A DNA stretch of 63,951 bases, counting the filler, from Octopus bimaculoides (taxonomy: Eukaryota), in NCBI RefSeq assembly GCF_001194135.2. It is 4 parts of 3 records of this genome, joined end to end, with 100 filler letters (N's around TTAATTAATTAA, not from the genome) between each part and the next. Parts side by side here need not be neighbours in the genome. Positions count along the whole stretch, not along the records: positions 36,081 to 62,572 come from NC_068982.1; positions 62,673 to 63,951 come from NC_068991.1; 2 more parts are not named here. The stretch is one strand, 5' to 3'. Under the pieces are notes generated by a model. That model had not been told where the DNA came from, searched no databases, and was given only the letters and a program-made list of their open reading frames with translations. The position numbers were made by a program, and so were the translations under genes. Of the stretch, positions 62,201 to 63,951 are shown in pieces; positions within the stretch are counted from its first letter, which is position 1; each line of letters begins with the position of its first letter.

Positions 62201-62572
62201 TGTTACGAACGCCCGCACGCGAAGCACCTCCCTAACACCGAAGAGAGGACTCGCGCACGCGCGAACGTTCATACGCTCAGTGAGCTAGCAAATTTGTCTG
62301 TCGGTCACCTGACCGCGATAATAAGGCCCCGGCTGGAGCACGTAACGAAGAACAACACAGGCAAATAGGACGGGGAGGAAGAAACAACACGAAGACCATG
62401 CGTTGGGTAACCTTTTCTTTTTACATACATAACATCACAGAATACATTTAAAACATTAGAATAGAGCATTACATAATAACAATTCCAATACATGGCATAA
62501 CAGTTCAATAACGTTGACAAAGTTTCCAAACAATTACAAGCTTTTCAATCATTTTTACATCCCAAAGTTCGT
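62201..62572. mobile_element. Young LTR-like element truncated by the spacer
   Basis: Begins TGTTACGAAC. The last bases before the gap are GTTCGT, the start of the expected inverted terminus GTTCGTAACA. Very CpG-rich. Confidence 0.65.
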
Positions 62573-62672
62573 NNNNNNNNNNNNNNNNNNNNNNNNNNNN
62601 NNNNNNNNNNNNNNNNTTAATTAATTAANNNNNNNNNNNNNNNNNNNNNNNNNNNNNNNNNNNNNNNNNNNN
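62573..62672. other. Artificial 100-bp spacer
   Basis: 44N-TTAATTAATTAA-44N. Confidence 0.92.
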
Positions 62673-62699
62673 AAAAAAAAAAAAAAAAAAAAAAAAGAA

Positions 62700-63010
62700 T
62701 CATAGCAATTTCGCGCCATTAACAGTAAAATTGTTCATATTGACAGCGTCGATAGCAACATGCTCCTGGGAATAAAGAGAGTGAAAGCAAAGGACGGTGA
62801 CAAAAACAAACAAACGACACAGGTAATTCGTACATATATAAATATACACAAACAATGAAAGGCCTTACAGCCGTGAGGCAACATTGAAACCAGACATGTT
62901 GAATTTGGTCGCAAGTCTGTTTATTTGAAACTCTGTTTAGAAACACATTGTTGCTTTTCTTGAGGCGGCCATCGTGCCCCTACTTACGTAAACGAAAAGC
63001 AAACCCGCAT
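62700..63010. promoter_or_regulatory. CpG-retaining, promoter/first-exon-like region
   Basis: Unique-looking, CpG-rich sequence with ATG-to-donor candidates on both strands and an ATGGCCGCC (YY1-like) motif on the minus strand. Confidence 0.3.
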
Positions 63011-63782
63011 GTATGTCATATATTACTATAGATTATATATGTATATGTAGTCTATTGTAATATAGTCGAATGCACTGCTTATATGCAGTCTTTTCCTGTG
63101 TTAATTAGCTGATGTGCCAAATCGTTTCGTTACACGTCTGTTACCTTCTGAATTAGTTCTATCATTATACGGACCCCTCCTCAGTCAGTCAGTCCTGTAT
63201 GTATGTTATCGATTTTATAACAGTAATAGTAATTGGAGCAGCTGAAAAGCAATAAATTTGGAAGGAAATAAGTTTTATTTTGTTTAATTTATTTTTTTCA
63301 TAAACCGATTTTCTTCATCCTGTGCCGAAGTTCACACAAACGCTCACATGTAGACATACATACATACATACATGCATAGAGACAGACAGACAGTTAGCCA
63401 GTCAGACAGACAGACAAACCGGGTGACAGGCAGACAGACAAAGAAGACAGACAGATAGAAGTAGTCTTACATACATGCAGATAGATGTATATGCTGATAT
63501 ATTTGAATGTGTGTGTGTTGCACATTTGTGTGTATATATATGTGTGTGAGTGTGTGTATGTGTGTGTCTGTGTGTGTCTGTGTGTGTTTGTGCGTGTGTG
63601 TGAGTGTACATACGGTTGGACTCCCCTGCCATGAACTACCGATGATGATTCAATGTCTTAGTATCTTTACTTTCTTCTTGCACTGAGCACTCTTTAGTAA
63701 GTGACATTTTATCGTGCAGATAAGCGATCTTGAGTGGGTGTATTTGGAGGAATACATACATACATGCATACATACATATATA

Positions 63783-63951
63783 TGTGGCTGTGCGCTAAGA
63801 AGCGGGCTTCCCAACCACATAGTTCCGGGTTCAGTTCCACTACGTGGCACCTTTGCAAGTGACTTCTTCTATTGCCTCGGGTTGACCAAAGCCGTGTGAG
63901 TGGAGTTGGTAGACAGGAACTGAAAGAAGCCCGTCGTATATATATATATAT
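63783..63951 (+). mobile_element. SINE family A (young copy)
   Basis: gtggctgtgcgctaagaagcgggcttcccaaccacatagttccgggttcagttccactacgtggcacc...gaactgaaagaagcccgtcgtatata. Confidence 0.85.

Noticed and set aside
62673-62697. Poly(A) run suggesting a retrocopy tail
   Set aside because: It abuts the spacer, so the upstream context is missing and it cannot be interpreted.

Overview
AT-rich, repeat-dense eukaryotic DNA, most likely Octopus (inferred from the (GAT)n-tailed RTE LINEs, the tRNA-derived SINE families and the mollusc-like proteins). The window is not one continuous contig. Three identical 100-bp artificial spacers (44 N + TTAATTAATTAA + 44 N) divide it into four pieces: 1-28892, 28993-35980, 36081-62572 and 62673-end. 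Three spliced host genes were reconstructed by hand from splice sites and frame continuity. (1) The last six coding exons of staufen (+, 7861-22345), covering the end of dsRBD4 and a divergent dsRBD5, with a possible alternative C-terminus and an apparently long, transposon-free 3' UTR. (2) Four exons of a vWD-C8-TIL (FCGBP/zonadhesin-like) gene (+, 29916-35043), whose TIL domain has lost four cysteines that form two disulfide pairs. (3) Four or five exons of a FAM228-like gene (-, 46017-52621). The rest is mostly degenerate and often nested transposons: RTE, Penelope, R4/Dong, Gypsy remnants, solo LTRs, Tc1, maT, mariner, hAT, piggyBac, Helitron, MITEs and SINEs. I found no clearly new multi-gene system. 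The most interesting points are the altered TIL domain, the staufen 3'-end architecture, a palindromic MITE with a telomere-repeat core inside a staufen intron, and several well-resolved nested insertions. All family assignments are from motif recognition, without database searches.
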